Source of the DNA: Schizochytrium sp. TIO01
Lineage: Eukaryota > Protista > Bigyra: Labyrinthulomycetes
Assembly (NCBI GenBank): GCA_004764695.1
Contig: SMSO01000007.1
Location: 186,001-250,000 of the forward strand
Length of the DNA: 64,000 bases
Reading direction: 5' to 3'
Below the pieces are notes generated by a model that saw nothing but the letters and a program-made list of their open reading frames with translations, was not told the origin of the DNA and made no database searches. The translations under genes and the position numbers were made by a program. Of this stretch, positions 45,445 through 56,025 are shown piece by piece (the stretch's first letter is position 1; every line of letters starts with the position of its first letter).

Positions 45445-45786
45445 TCAATTGTGACGGTCATGACCACGATCGCTCAAGGTTTCTGGTTTTTGTTGTGTTT
45501 TATAGATCCATGCAGGAGTTGATCCGATTGGCTTGCTAAGTTGATATTATGAGTCTGATGGTGATTCCTATATAATAGCACCAATATAGCTTCAGATCCT
45601 GTAATCTCGATCTTTCTTCAGGCCACAATGAATAAGCCTTCTTGAGATACCCCTATGGTTTTCATTAATAGAGTATTAGTCGAATCACTAAGAACCTGGA
45701 GATAAATGCTCAAGTATGCCAGTCACTTGAAAAATCACCGTATGAAGCTGTTTCCGACTTCGTTAAATTTCAGATAAGCTTGTTCA

Positions 45787-46193
45787 GAATTGTTTAATTC
45801 AACAGTTTTAAGCAAAGAGATTGCACGCATATTTGATTTGGAAGAATGGTCAAGATGTAGTTGAGGCAAAGTGTAAACCTGAGAGCGCCTTGGAATGGTT
45901 GCATTTGCACATAACTACATTTGTGTGGAATTAGTTAAGTCAACAATTTTAAGCAAAGAGATTGCACTTGTATTTGATCTGGAAAAATGGTCAAGATGTA
46001 GCTGAGGCAAAGTGTAAACTTGAGAGCACCTTGCAATGGTTGCATTTGCTACATTTGTGTAGAATTAATTAAGTCAACAATTTAAAGCAAAGAGATTACA
46101 CTCATATTTGATTTGGAAGAATGGTCAAGATGTAGCTGAGGCAAAGTGTTCACTTGAGAGCGCCTTGCAATGTTTGCATTTGCACATAACTAC
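45787..46193. repeat. Tandem repeat, ~134-141-bp unit x3
   Basis: Unit contains AAGCAAAGAGATT[G/A]CAC...AATGGTCAAGATGTAG[T/C]TGAGGCAAAGTGT...TGCATTTGC; three diverged copies start near 45787, 45928 and 46062. Confidence 0.9.
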
Positions 46194-46355
46194 AACTCAA
46201 GAATAAGCTGAACTACAAGATGACGGGTATGATGAATTTGGCAACCTTGTCTGGACCATAGCATCTCCCTCATACAATTGTCAACTCTCATAGTCTTCCT
46301 GTTCTTATCAGGCGATCGTACTTGGTAGAGAAATATATACGTTGGTTTTCATTAC

Positions 46356-46563
46356 TAATGCAGAGTAGCTTGTGCTGTGAAGCGTGCAGAGGTAGTCTGA
46401 CAAGGATGGCGAATTCAGGAGAAAGAGAAAGAGGCTGATATATGATTTATTGGGGTTTCGGGTTTGGATACAGGCAGGGATGAATGTATGACGTCAGTCC
46501 AATGGACAGGAGAGCTAGGTTAAGTTAGGCGAGGTTAGCCAGTAGCTATATATTACTTCGATA
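46356..46563 (-). mobile_element. Solo LTR of the same copia family (more diverged)
   Basis: Homologous to the other two LTRs. Ends TAATG...CGATA (one mismatch each); flanks ATTAC/ATTAT give a 4/5 TSD. Confidence 0.85.
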
Positions 46564-47056
46564 ATTATATTTAAATACCATTAAACTGTTCACATTTTAG
46601 TATGCAAGTGGGCCACATTTAAATTATTTGAAAGAAGAAAATAATCACTTTGTGGGGTATTGCAGAACATGTAAATCAGAATTATGGGCATGAAATCAAC
46701 CCTTAATGGAAAATCACATTTTAATGTTGCACATGAATGTCAACCAGATATAAATGTTTAGCTCTTATAGTACCAAACCGAGAAAGCAGAATGTAAACAC
46801 ACACATGTCAACTCCTATCTTTCGCTTCTATATGCATGACAGCTACCCATAAATTTAGATTCATCTTTCATCTTTATCAAGCATCCAATCCTGATGCTCT
46901 AGAATTTCATGATATAAAGTGAGACGCTCACATAGAAGAACAGAAACTTGTTCACGAGCATTGAATTGCGTCAAGTGCTCAGGTAACTAAAATGTCACGG
47001 TGCCTGTTTTTATATTTTTAACAACTAAGGACCTCCACCACTATTGGTTTATTGCT

Positions 47057-48545
47057 TATTGCAGAGTAGCCTGTGCTGTGAAGCGTGGAGAGGTAGTCTG
47101 ACAAGGATGACGAACTCAGGAGATAGAGAAAGAGGATGGTATATGAGTTATCGGGGTTTCAGGTCTGCATACAGGCAGGTTAATGTGTGGACAGGAGAGC
47201 TTGGTTAGGTTAGGCTAGGTTAGGTTAGACAGTAGCTGTATATTACTTCAATACTCCTCCGCAAATCACACGTCAGGACCTGAAGCATCAAGTAAGCGAC
47301 TAGCGTGTTTCCAATGAGATGGTGCTGCAAGTGGTTTGGTGAGTAAATCAGCTACATTTTCTGTGCCTTTAACATGGTGTACCTTGAGTAATTGGTTTTG
47401 TCTTCGATGAATCAGTACTCCAAGTTGTACTGCGAGATAACCATTTGTACCATTAACTTCTTCCTTTTTGATTGTGTTTACTAATGCTTGACAATCTATA
47501 TATAACTGTATTTCATTGATGTAAATGTTCATGTCTGCTAAAAGTTGTCGAATGGATTCTGCTGTGAGAACTCCTGCAACTGCAGCAATTAGTTCAGCTT
47601 CGTGAGTATTTCTTGCAACTGTAGACTGTTTGGTTGTTTTCCATACAACAGGACTATCATTTATCATAACAATATGTGTAATTGTTTATTATCTGTGTTC
47701 GTTTTAACAAGAAAAGCAAAAAGTTCCCGTTCCTGCGGATATATCGTAGAAATGATTAGGTCATGTGAGGTCTCCTCTTTTGATAGAGAATTAATTTCCG
47801 AGAAATCTAACTCTGTATTCGTCATATTACGTTTTCGTTTCAGACGATTAGTATAGTATCGGTATTTATTTGCAGCGCCTTTGGCACTGGGACCAACATT
47901 TAGTGGTACATGAGGTTTGGGAGTCCTTTTGGATCTCCGATGACTATCGTGTGCATGGACTGAACTATGTTCTAGTTCCATGTCTTCACGAGCATGTTCA
48001 CTATTGGATTCACGGTCATCATTATTTACCTCAGAATGACTAACGTGTTCACTATTGGATTCACGGTCATTATGATTGAGTTCCGGATGACTAACGTGTT
48101 CACTACTTGATTCACGGTCGTTATGATTTGCCTCCCGACGACTAGCGTGTTCACTACTGGATTCACGGTCGTCATTGTTTACCTCCGGACGACTAGCGTG
48201 TTCACTATTAGATTCACGGTCATCATTATATAGTGGGGTATTAGGAGTGATAAAAGATTTAGTGTTATTAACTGCGGAGGGTAAAGCAGGTAGTTTCTGA
48301 TACAGTTTTTCGTCAATCAGTTTATTTGATTCTTCACGTGTCCAATGAGTAATTAGATCAGGTGTCAGAGCGGTTTCTATCGACATTGCACGCTGACGAG
48401 TTTGTTCAGTGAATGCTTGAACGAAAATCTTGACTTCACGTGTTTGAAGGATGCTGGATTTGTCTCTGGGTAAGACATGTTCAGTTCCATGAGTGTAACC
48501 ATTAGCATATCCAAGGAAAACGCCTAGTCCACGACTACCTTTTGA
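47057..48545 (-). mobile_element. Truncated, internally deleted Ty1/copia retrotransposon: integrase C-terminus/linker fused to partial RNase H, then PPT and 3' LTR (47057-47253)
   Basis: RNase H motifs VVWKTTKQSTVARNTHEAELIA, LYIDCQA, HVKGTENVADLLTKPL (47266-47667). Integrase C-terminal GVFLGY and TREVKIF, linker RRSKRTPKP (47664-48545). PPT TTTGCGGAGGAG (47265-47254) abuts the LTR. No RT motifs and no 5' LTR seen. Confidence 0.92.
47985..48230 (-). repeat. 51-bp (17-aa) coding tandem repeat x~5 in the copia integrase-RT linker
   Basis: NxDRES[NS]SEH[AV]S[RH]xEx repeated in ORF 47664..48575. Confidence 0.9.
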
Positions 48546-49074
48546 AAAGAGGAATGAGAATCCTTGCTGAGTCATAAGAGACGTTGACAGTAATGTGTGT
48601 GCTCAACAAACTATATCAAATTGAAAACTTGTTGAAATTACTGTCTCCCCAGTTTACATCCGACACCTAACCTGTAGCGGGAGTATAAAACAAGATGAGG
48701 TTCCTTACTAAAGATAAACCCACAAAGCATGGCATTCTAGAGATTTCAAGTGCATGCTTGGTAAAGAACGATTGCATTAAATGAATCGACTATCGCCCTA
48801 AATAACTCCTTACTATAGTGCTATAACTACTGCAAACATTAGTAGTGTATATTGTGTCTAAAAAGGTGGTGTCTAAAAATCAAATAAGACGCTTATTTTA
48901 ATCGTGGGGACGGGGGCGGTGGAGAAGAGCAATTCTGCAACCAAAGACTTCGGTAAAGGCGGGACTGGCAGCGCAGGCAGTATAAATAGCGGGTTCGCTC
49001 ACAAAAACCCAAGGGTAGGTATCCTCCTTACCTGTGGTGCTTGTAATTGGATCGCAGCTAGCTCCCAGCCCACC

Positions 49075-50085
49075 ATGGCAGCCACACGAGAGGCCAAAAA
49101 CATCCCAAAGACGCACAATAAACGCAGCAAAGGTGGTCTTCAAAGCGTCGGCAAAAGTGGAAACAAACGTAGATTCGAAGCTGGCGAGTCAGATGGTATT
49201 GGGAGCATGAAGTCCACCAAGAATATCAAGGGTGACCACAAGAACAGAAATAGTCGTCCTACAAGTGGCAAGCGGAGTCGTGAACATCAACACGGTGATA
49301 TGAAAAATGAAACGAAATCGAAGCGAAGCAAAAAAGCTGCAGGGGCGAGTATTTCGCAGGCAGAGCATGATGCAGTTTTAGCAGAGCTGAAGAAAGTGGA
49401 ATGGGGAGATGTAGTTAATACATCTCGCAAGAATGTGATTCCAGAGGATGCTCCCAAGTGCAAACGCGGCAAACCTTTCTGCATGTCATTTATTTTAGGG
49501 CCTAATATGAAAGACCCAGAGCGAAAGCCAAGCTTCTGGACAGAGCAAAACCCAGAGCTGTTCAGGCTACTCTGCGAGCTGATGCGCAAGTATGATCCTT
49601 CTCATAAGTTTACAAATATTACGATCAACAAGAACCTAAAATGCAAAGCACACAGAGATCGTGGCAACAACGGAATGTCATATATCATTGGATTTGGTGA
49701 CTACGAGGGTGGAGAGCTGATAGTTGGGCCTAGAACAGCCAAGCCACCAGCCGACACCGTGCTCGAAGCCAAGATTGGCCGCGGCTTTGTCAGCCACTCT
49801 ATTCGCAAGCGATGGCTGTCCTTCTATGGTGGTGAAGAGACCCACTACACCGCTCCGTTCACTGGGGATCGATACACGTGTGTGTTTTACAACTTTCCTG
49901 AAGTCCATGTCAAAGCTCAGCGTGTTAAGTCTTCACATGATGACGATGATGACAATTCTGAAGAGGACACAAAGGCAGACTCCAAGCGAGGTGTGAAGAA
50001 ACCTATTGACAATATCGATAAAGGTTCCGCTGCTCTGCGAAGCAAGTTAGAAGCTTACAAGGCTAAACTCAAGAAGAAGAAATAA
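49075..50085 (+). CDS. 2-oxoglutarate/Fe(II) dioxygenase of the TET/JBP-like type with basic disordered termini
   Basis: FTNITINKN-x5-HRDRGN (HxD at 49651-49659), GDYEGGEL, distal His (ETHYT, 49843) and GDRYTCVFY (Arg at 49870). K/R-rich N- and C-termini. ATG in CCACCATGG context at 49075. Confidence 0.75.
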   Translation: MAATREAKNIPKTHNKRSKGGLQSVGKSGNKRRFEAGESDGIGSMKSTKNIKGDHKNRNSRPTSGKRSREHQHGDMKNETKSKRSKKAAGASISQAEHDAVLAELKKVEWGDVVNTSRKNVIPEDAPKCKRGKPFCMSFILGPNMKDPERKPSFWTEQNPELFRLLCELMRKYDPSHKFTNITINKNLKCKAHRDRGNNGMSYIIGFGDYEGGELIVGPRTAKPPADTVLEAKIGRGFVSHSIRKRWLSFYGGEETHYTAPFTGDRYTCVFYNFPEVHVKAQRVKSSHDDDDDNSEEDTKADSKRGVKKPIDNIDKGSAALRSKLEAYKAKLKKKK

Positions 50086-50743
50086 TATGATTCCAAATAT
50101 GTGTTTTTATGTCAGACAGATCCTTGTAAACAGCCTATGCTAAACTCCATTTGTTTCCGGATTGTAGAGAGTCTCTTCAGAAATGAATACGCTTCCCAGA
50201 GCTACCAGCTCAATAGAAGTTCCATAGATAAATCGAAGTCCCAGCTACCTCTATAACTTAATTGATTCACCTTTTAACCCTAGCTAAGCCGCCTGAACAA
50301 CTGGGATCAAAAGGTTGGGCATGAAGAATGAAGAATGAAGAACAAAGCAAATAGAATATATACTCTAGAGTTAGAAAAATAGAATGTGAGGGGCATCATC
50401 ATATTTTAATAAGAATATACTTCTTTTGAGACATAAATAGCTCCTCTACCTAGCTCTCCTGGTGCTTACATTTAGAAGAACAGGCTTTGGTGATACAAAC
50501 ATGAAGCCCATACTAGGCAACACTTTTCCCACCATTCTTTTGTTTGTATAGCTGTGCGCTTACTATCGAACTGACTTTTGCCACTACAAGGCTGAATTAG
50601 AGAAAGCTTCTCCCCCTCTTGCGTTCCAGATCCCTGAGTCCCTCTCTGCAAGCTGGAAGGCACTGAGTACCCCTGGGCCAGCAAATTTTCTTGTAGTGCA
50701 ACTACAGCATTGGAAAAAGTATGCAGACCCTAAGGTGATATAT

Positions 50744-52225
50744 CTACTTGCTATTTGCATTTTCAATGTTCTCCACGGCTTGGAGAATCTCCTTGGCAAT
50801 CTCAACGCTCTGCTCGAGAGGGCCCTCGCCATGATAATACATGCTAGCAATGTTGCGGTACGCGTCTAGTGAACCAAGGCTCGCAGCAAGCTCGTAGGCG
50901 CGGTAGGCCTCAAGATCGTTCTTGGGAGTACCAAGACCATTGTAATGCATAGCGCCAGCACTCAAAGCAGCTTCCGCATTACCTTCCATCGCCGCACGCT
51001 CAAAGTAGCGCAGAGCTCTGGGGTAATCCACGGTAGGGTTGCCAAGGAAGCTGCCCTCTTCTTGCATGCAAAGTGAACCACAAAAGAAAAGTGCTTCGTC
51101 ATCATCCTGCTCGACAGCCGCCGAAAGGTAGGTTTTCGCAGCATCTTCCATCTCCGGGTCTTCGCAAAGAAATTGGCAAGCGTAAAGTTGTGCCTTGGGA
51201 TGGCCCTGCTCCGCCGAGCGAGCAATGTAATCCCAGCCACGTTCAATATCACCGTTAAAATCGGGATCTACACGAGGGTCGCCACCCATGAGATACTGGC
51301 CCACCCAGAACTGCGCAACTGCGTCATCGCACACATCAGCAGCCTTGGTAAATAACTCAAGCGCCTTCTTGCCGTCAGCCTCGATGAGCTCTGGCACACC
51401 ATCATAGTACATGGTGCCCAGGTTATACAATGCATCTGGGTGCGGTGGGTCATTGTTTGCAGCTTCGCGAAAGAACTCGAGAGCATCCTGAGCCGTCATT
51501 TTCAGGCCACGCTGCATAGCAGTGCGGTGCGAGTCGTTCTCAAACCATGCGTTACCAAGGATGACCATGGCATCTGTGTTTCCATTTCCAGCAGCTGTAA
51601 TGAGCCACTGGAGTGCCTCGAGGCGTTTCTCCGCTGGCGAAACCTTTTCAACGTTCTTCCGATTTGTGTTTCTGATCCTGAGAATTTCGAGCTTCGTCTC
51701 AGATGCATTGCGAGCTCCCCCAGTAGGGTTTCCTCTGGCATCAAGCGTAGGGACCAGCTCTTGGAGTACGCCGTCCGTTCGAGCATCTGCCTTTGTGGCG
51801 TCAGAGGTCTGCTGCTCTTCCTCCTCGGCACTATCCTGCAGCAAATTCTGGCCGAGGACCCTTTGAGCATCCACAATACCAGCCTCAGCAGCAGTACGAA
51901 GTTTCTGCAAGGCCACACGACGTCGCTTACCGGACTCCAGCAGCTTGACGCCCTCCGCGAAAACCTCCTCCGCAGACTTTGTCTCTGTGCTCGACCCAGG
52001 CGAAGGTGGCACACGTGAGCAGAACGAAGACGTCAAGGTTAAGTTGTGTGACGTCCCACTCAACCGTGAGCTGTTTGAACCCACAAGAGGATTCGCGGTA
52101 ACCTCATCGCGAGCGAGGCCCGAGACCATGACTGACAAGGGCCTTCCAGCAGAATGTCTTGAGACAGCCACAAGCTGAAGGGTGGCTGCCCAAGCACGCT
52201 GCGTGCGGAGCAACGCTGGCAACAT
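50744..52225 (-). CDS. Sel1-like repeat (SLR) protein, probably mitochondrion-targeted
   Basis: Repeats such as DALYNLGTMYYDG...KALELFTKAA, EAALSAGAMHYNGLGTPKNDLEAYRAYELAASLG and AYRNIASMYYHGEG. R/S/L-rich, acid-poor N-terminus from the ATG at 52225. Confidence 0.88.
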   Translation of the reverse strand: MLPALLRTQRAWAATLQLVAVSRHSAGRPLSVMVSGLARDEVTANPLVGSNSSRLSGTSHNLTLTSSFCSRVPPSPGSSTETKSAEEVFAEGVKLLESGKRRRVALQKLRTAAEAGIVDAQRVLGQNLLQDSAEEEEQQTSDATKADARTDGVLQELVPTLDARGNPTGGARNASETKLEILRIRNTNRKNVEKVSPAEKRLEALQWLITAAGNGNTDAMVILGNAWFENDSHRTAMQRGLKMTAQDALEFFREAANNDPPHPDALYNLGTMYYDGVPELIEADGKKALELFTKAADVCDDAVAQFWVGQYLMGGDPRVDPDFNGDIERGWDYIARSAEQGHPKAQLYACQFLCEDPEMEDAAKTYLSAAVEQDDDEALFFCGSLCMQEEGSFLGNPTVDYPRALRYFERAAMEGNAEAALSAGAMHYNGLGTPKNDLEAYRAYELAASLGSLDAYRNIASMYYHGEGPLEQSVEIAKEILQAVENIENANSK

Positions 52226-53737
52226 TGAAGGTAACACAACACAAATACGCGTCAGAAAGGTTGCTTCGATGAAGGGTTCACCGAACGAAGCTGGAGGAGT
52301 TTTGCGGCGGAGCAAAAGCAGCAAAATTGCATTTGATTAATCCCTCTTTTTCTTTTCTTTTTTCTTGTTTCTTGTGCTTGGCTCTCTTTGTTTTGGGGAG
52401 ACAGCGCTGTTGAAGCCATGAAAGTGAAGTTGTAGAACAAATAAAACTCAGCCTTAGACGCTGCGCAAGGTAGAAGAAGGACGCAAGGTAGGAGAAAGAC
52501 AATGTCCCAAAAGTAGAATACCTAATTACGGGGGAAGATGCTATCAAGCTGGAATAGACAAATTGAGTGTTGCGAATGCAAGGGAATTGAGCTACTTGTG
52601 ATAATAACAGCTGGAAAGAGATCTGAGAGTGGAAATCTAACGAATTAACTTGCTCTGTAGGAATTCATTGCGCTATACGTGTAAGGGGTGTATTTAACAT
52701 TGATATATGAACAGGATGAACTATTCTGGGAATATTGAAGACAGGTCAAGGAGTTTAGAAGCATGCCAGCAAATGAAAGAAACCTCGGGGCGTCATAGAG
52801 ATGTTGTTAACTTTATTTACAATGTGTGTGGAGTATCCTTCCAGGTTCTCAACATGGTTTGAAAATCTGCAATAACTTGATACAACATTGACATACATAC
52901 CTTGGCCTAAGCATCTTACGAAATGAGTTTTAGCTCAAAAATACTCTAATTAAGCTGCAAAGCACGGATGGTCAGGTTTCAGTGTTGCTGAAGGCCGGGG
53001 AATAGCCACAATTGCAGGACGCTGCTTAATATATGCAACATATATGCTTATAAAGGAGCAATGCTTCATTTAAAAACAGACAGAAATTTGAAGATTAAAG
53101 AAATAAAAAATTAACAAGGATAGAGCAAACTATGACGAGTGAATTAGGACTTCACAGATCAACTATTCGGATCCTGTGTCGTTCTGCTCACATCTTCAGG
53201 TAATTATCAATGCCATGGAGCCGAGTAAAGATACATCAAGATCTGTAGGTTTCGGTTAAAAGGTTCTATGAGACAAGGAAACATCCACCTTTAAAAGAAG
53301 GAAATAGAGACCTATGTGCAGCAAAATGGATCTTCCACAGTATTGATTAGCTTTTACTTAGACTTAAACTGAAGGGCATATAAACTTGTAAATGTGCGTT
53401 TATGATTGAAACCAGGCAAGAGTGCAATGCTATGATGGTTTCTATACATCAAATCTTAATTTATGTACTACGACCATGGTTTGAATTTTAAAAACGTAGA
53501 ATGCGTTATCTTAAGCGTGAGTGGTTTTGTGGTAACATATTTGATTGCTGCTCAGTTGCTCCACATCCGCATTTCTTATGAAGAGCTTTCCAATGGGGGC
53601 TATCACGATGATAGAGATGGTGAAGACGATGAATGGAATGTCGATACTAAAGAATGGAGTTATTGACTAATGGTTGAAATAAGGACTACTAACGGTATGT
53701 TTTAGAAATAATTAGGCAAAGTACTCAATAGCACCGG

Positions 53738-53815
53738 TGGATGTTTCATTTTATCTTTATACATGGATGTTTCATTTTATCTTTATACATGGATGTTTCA
53801 TTTTATCTTAGTACA
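53738..53815. repeat. 26-bp minisatellite x3 (TGGATGTTTCATTTTATCTTTATACA)
   Basis: Two exact copies and one near-exact copy in tandem. Confidence 0.9.
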
Positions 53816-55167
53816 TATGTGTATACTCATCTTATTTAGTTACAAACATGAATTAGAATCTGCAGAATCTCTGCAGATTCTGAATATACTGCTGCTTGAG
53901 AGGCCGAGTTAGTCTGCATCACAACAGTATCTATGGTTTGTGACAAGTAACTGAGTGTTATTAAATCGAGAAGAAGCTCAGGAACCCTTGGAAGTGATCA
54001 AGTGGGAGTAGCTTTGAGCCCTGTTTGTGCTTTGCAAACTCGGTCGTTACTCTCTTTTTACATTAAGTGTTGAATTGATTTTCACAGAGTCAGAAGATAG
54101 TTCTCAAGATTAAAGTAAACTGCTTCTTGACGTTTACCTGGTCTTGAGTTACTTGCTGGATTGTAGATCCCATTTCTATTCCTTATGGTTGATGCCATGT
54201 CTGCTAACTTTACAGAGTATAACTCAAGAAAGTCGGCCCACGCTGTAGCTTTGTATATCGCATGCGTGCTAAACTTCGATGGTTACGTCACCTTCTCTGT
54301 GAGTCGAAACAAAGCCGTCTTCAGCTAAAGAATCTCGTCGACAGCGAAACTTTTTCATATTCTCACACTGCGCGTGCTCTTCATCTGTAGGCGAGTCATG
54401 TCATTGCCAGCTCAGCAGGTCTATCTTGGCCATGGGCCTATTCAATCCTCACTTTGAAGACTAGCGCAGTGCCCGCTCTCTTCCTTTACTGGATTGCTGT
54501 ATGTGATGACTCAGGAATGTGGCTCTATGCCTTGCGAGATTTGTCAGTGTGCGTGCAGTGAGCTTTATGGTGCGTCGACCATAGAAGTTTTAGTTCCATT
54601 TAACAAAAAACATGTTTTAAAATATTTTTTTAATTTTAATTTTCACCTTCTCCCTGAGCGCCGGCCATCTTTGGCCTCCTATGTGCATTTGAGGACTACT
54701 CAAAACCATCCCATCGATGATCTTACAACAGATAAACTAGTTATCCCAAGACCTGCCGAAGAGGCTTAATTGATTCATAGATAGACTTGATCCCTCGCTT
54801 TTGATAAGGTCACGTTTGACTGTTCGAATACACACCTTCAGAAAGGGCGGATTTCCAGTTGGTCCTTACGTTTTGCGAGATTAACCTGAACCATGTAGTG
54901 TCAACATAAATATTGACTTTCGGGCGCCTGTGCTGCTTTTTAAGCCACCGCATAGGGCTATCCCAGAGCCTGGGCCTTTAAAGAAATAGCGAGGGGCTGC
55001 GAAAAGATTGTTCAAAGACTATTTAAGATTTATAGATTGACGGCACGTGCCTTTTTTTCATTTTCTTTTACCTTCTTTTATCTCAATTTATTGTGTTGCC
55101 ACTTTCGAGGTACAGCAGACCACCAACAGGCAAAGTGACGTACGGAGAGAGGTTCTCGTCAGAAGCT

Positions 55168-56025
55168 ATGTTTGTTGTTCAACAATTAGCTCTTGTTGTC
55201 CTGGTGGAGCTGGTCACGCTAGGGAGTGCCCTTCCAGCGGATGCGAGTTTACGGATGGCGGGTTCTGAGCCAGTAGAGTCTGCGCTGGCCCCTTCTGGCA
55301 GTTTTGTGGGCGCAGCTCGCCTCCTTGTAGCTAACGGGCGAACGATACGAGGGCTTTCTGGGGTTGAAGCACACCCAGTAGTTGCAGTGGATGATCATGT
55401 ACTTCAGATTGTGCGCTATGTGCATATGGCGGCAATGCTGATCTCGTTTGCAATTCTTGTACCAGTAGGGATCTCTTACGGGTTTCTGAAGATTCGGTAC
55501 TCCTATTCAACTGTATCCAACGAAGTTGCTCTACAATCACCCACAGATTACCCAATGCGTTCGATGAGCTTACTTGTAAACCCTCGCGAAGGCGTCATGT
55601 TCAAACGACATCGCAACTTCCTCATGGCTGCGTTCGCCTTGCAAGTTTTGGGAATTCTGCTTATTGCACTCTTCAAAAGGAACCACTTCGATTCGCTTCA
55701 CGCACAAGTTGGTGCTGCTGTCTTTGGAGCGATGGTTGTGCAGTCTTTACTAGGGGTTTTCAGACCAAACAAATTTTCTCGAGGCATACTCTGGACTATA
55801 CTTCATCGTCGGCTTTTGCCAACTTTAGTTATGGGAGGAGGTCTCGCATCGATTATTCTTGGTGCTGTGCAATTACTAGACCTAAATGGTACACCCATCA
55901 GCACGCAAGGTGGTGTAGCTCAACCTCCATTTTTAGTTGCTGTGATAGTGTCTGCGCTAGCTTTCATTGGTGTTGTTAGCGCATTTTTCGCTTTTAAAGT
56001 CACTATGGCAACGAACAAAGATTAG
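55168..56025 (+). CDS. Cytochrome b561-domain membrane protein (CYBDOM-type b561 module, no DOMON domain evident)
   Basis: Four His at b561-like positions in TM context: VHMAAMLISFAILVPVG, FKRHRNFL, HFDSLHAQVG, WTILHRRL. About five TM helices plus a hydrophobic N-terminus from the ATG at 55168. Confidence 0.78.
   Translation: MFVVQQLALVVLVELVTLGSALPADASLRMAGSEPVESALAPSGSFVGAARLLVANGRTIRGLSGVEAHPVVAVDDHVLQIVRYVHMAAMLISFAILVPVGISYGFLKIRYSYSTVSNEVALQSPTDYPMRSMSLLVNPREGVMFKRHRNFLMAAFALQVLGILLIALFKRNHFDSLHAQVGAAVFGAMVVQSLLGVFRPNKFSRGILWTILHRRLLPTLVMGGGLASIILGAVQLLDLNGTPISTQGGVAQPPFLVAVIVSALAFIGVVSAFFAFKVTMATNKD

Noticed and set aside
45787-46193. CRISPR-like array (also considered for 5957-6087, 53738-53815 and 47985-48230)
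   Set aside because: Units are contiguous tandem repeats without unique spacers, there are no cas genes, and the context is eukaryotic.
46356-47253. TRIM-like mini-element formed by the two nearby LTRs
   Set aside because: The left LTR has its own near-perfect TSD and the right LTR has its PPT and RNase H on the far side, so they are independent insertions.
48564-48568. TTGCT matching the 5 bp left of the 3' LTR (47052-47056) as a possible TSD
   Set aside because: No 5' LTR adjoins it, and a 5-mer match within a few dozen bases can arise by chance.
53132-53203. HTH-like peptide ELGLHRSTIR suggesting a Tc1/IS630 transposase relic
   Set aside because: Only ~23 codons, with no DDE domain or TIRs visible; could be chance.
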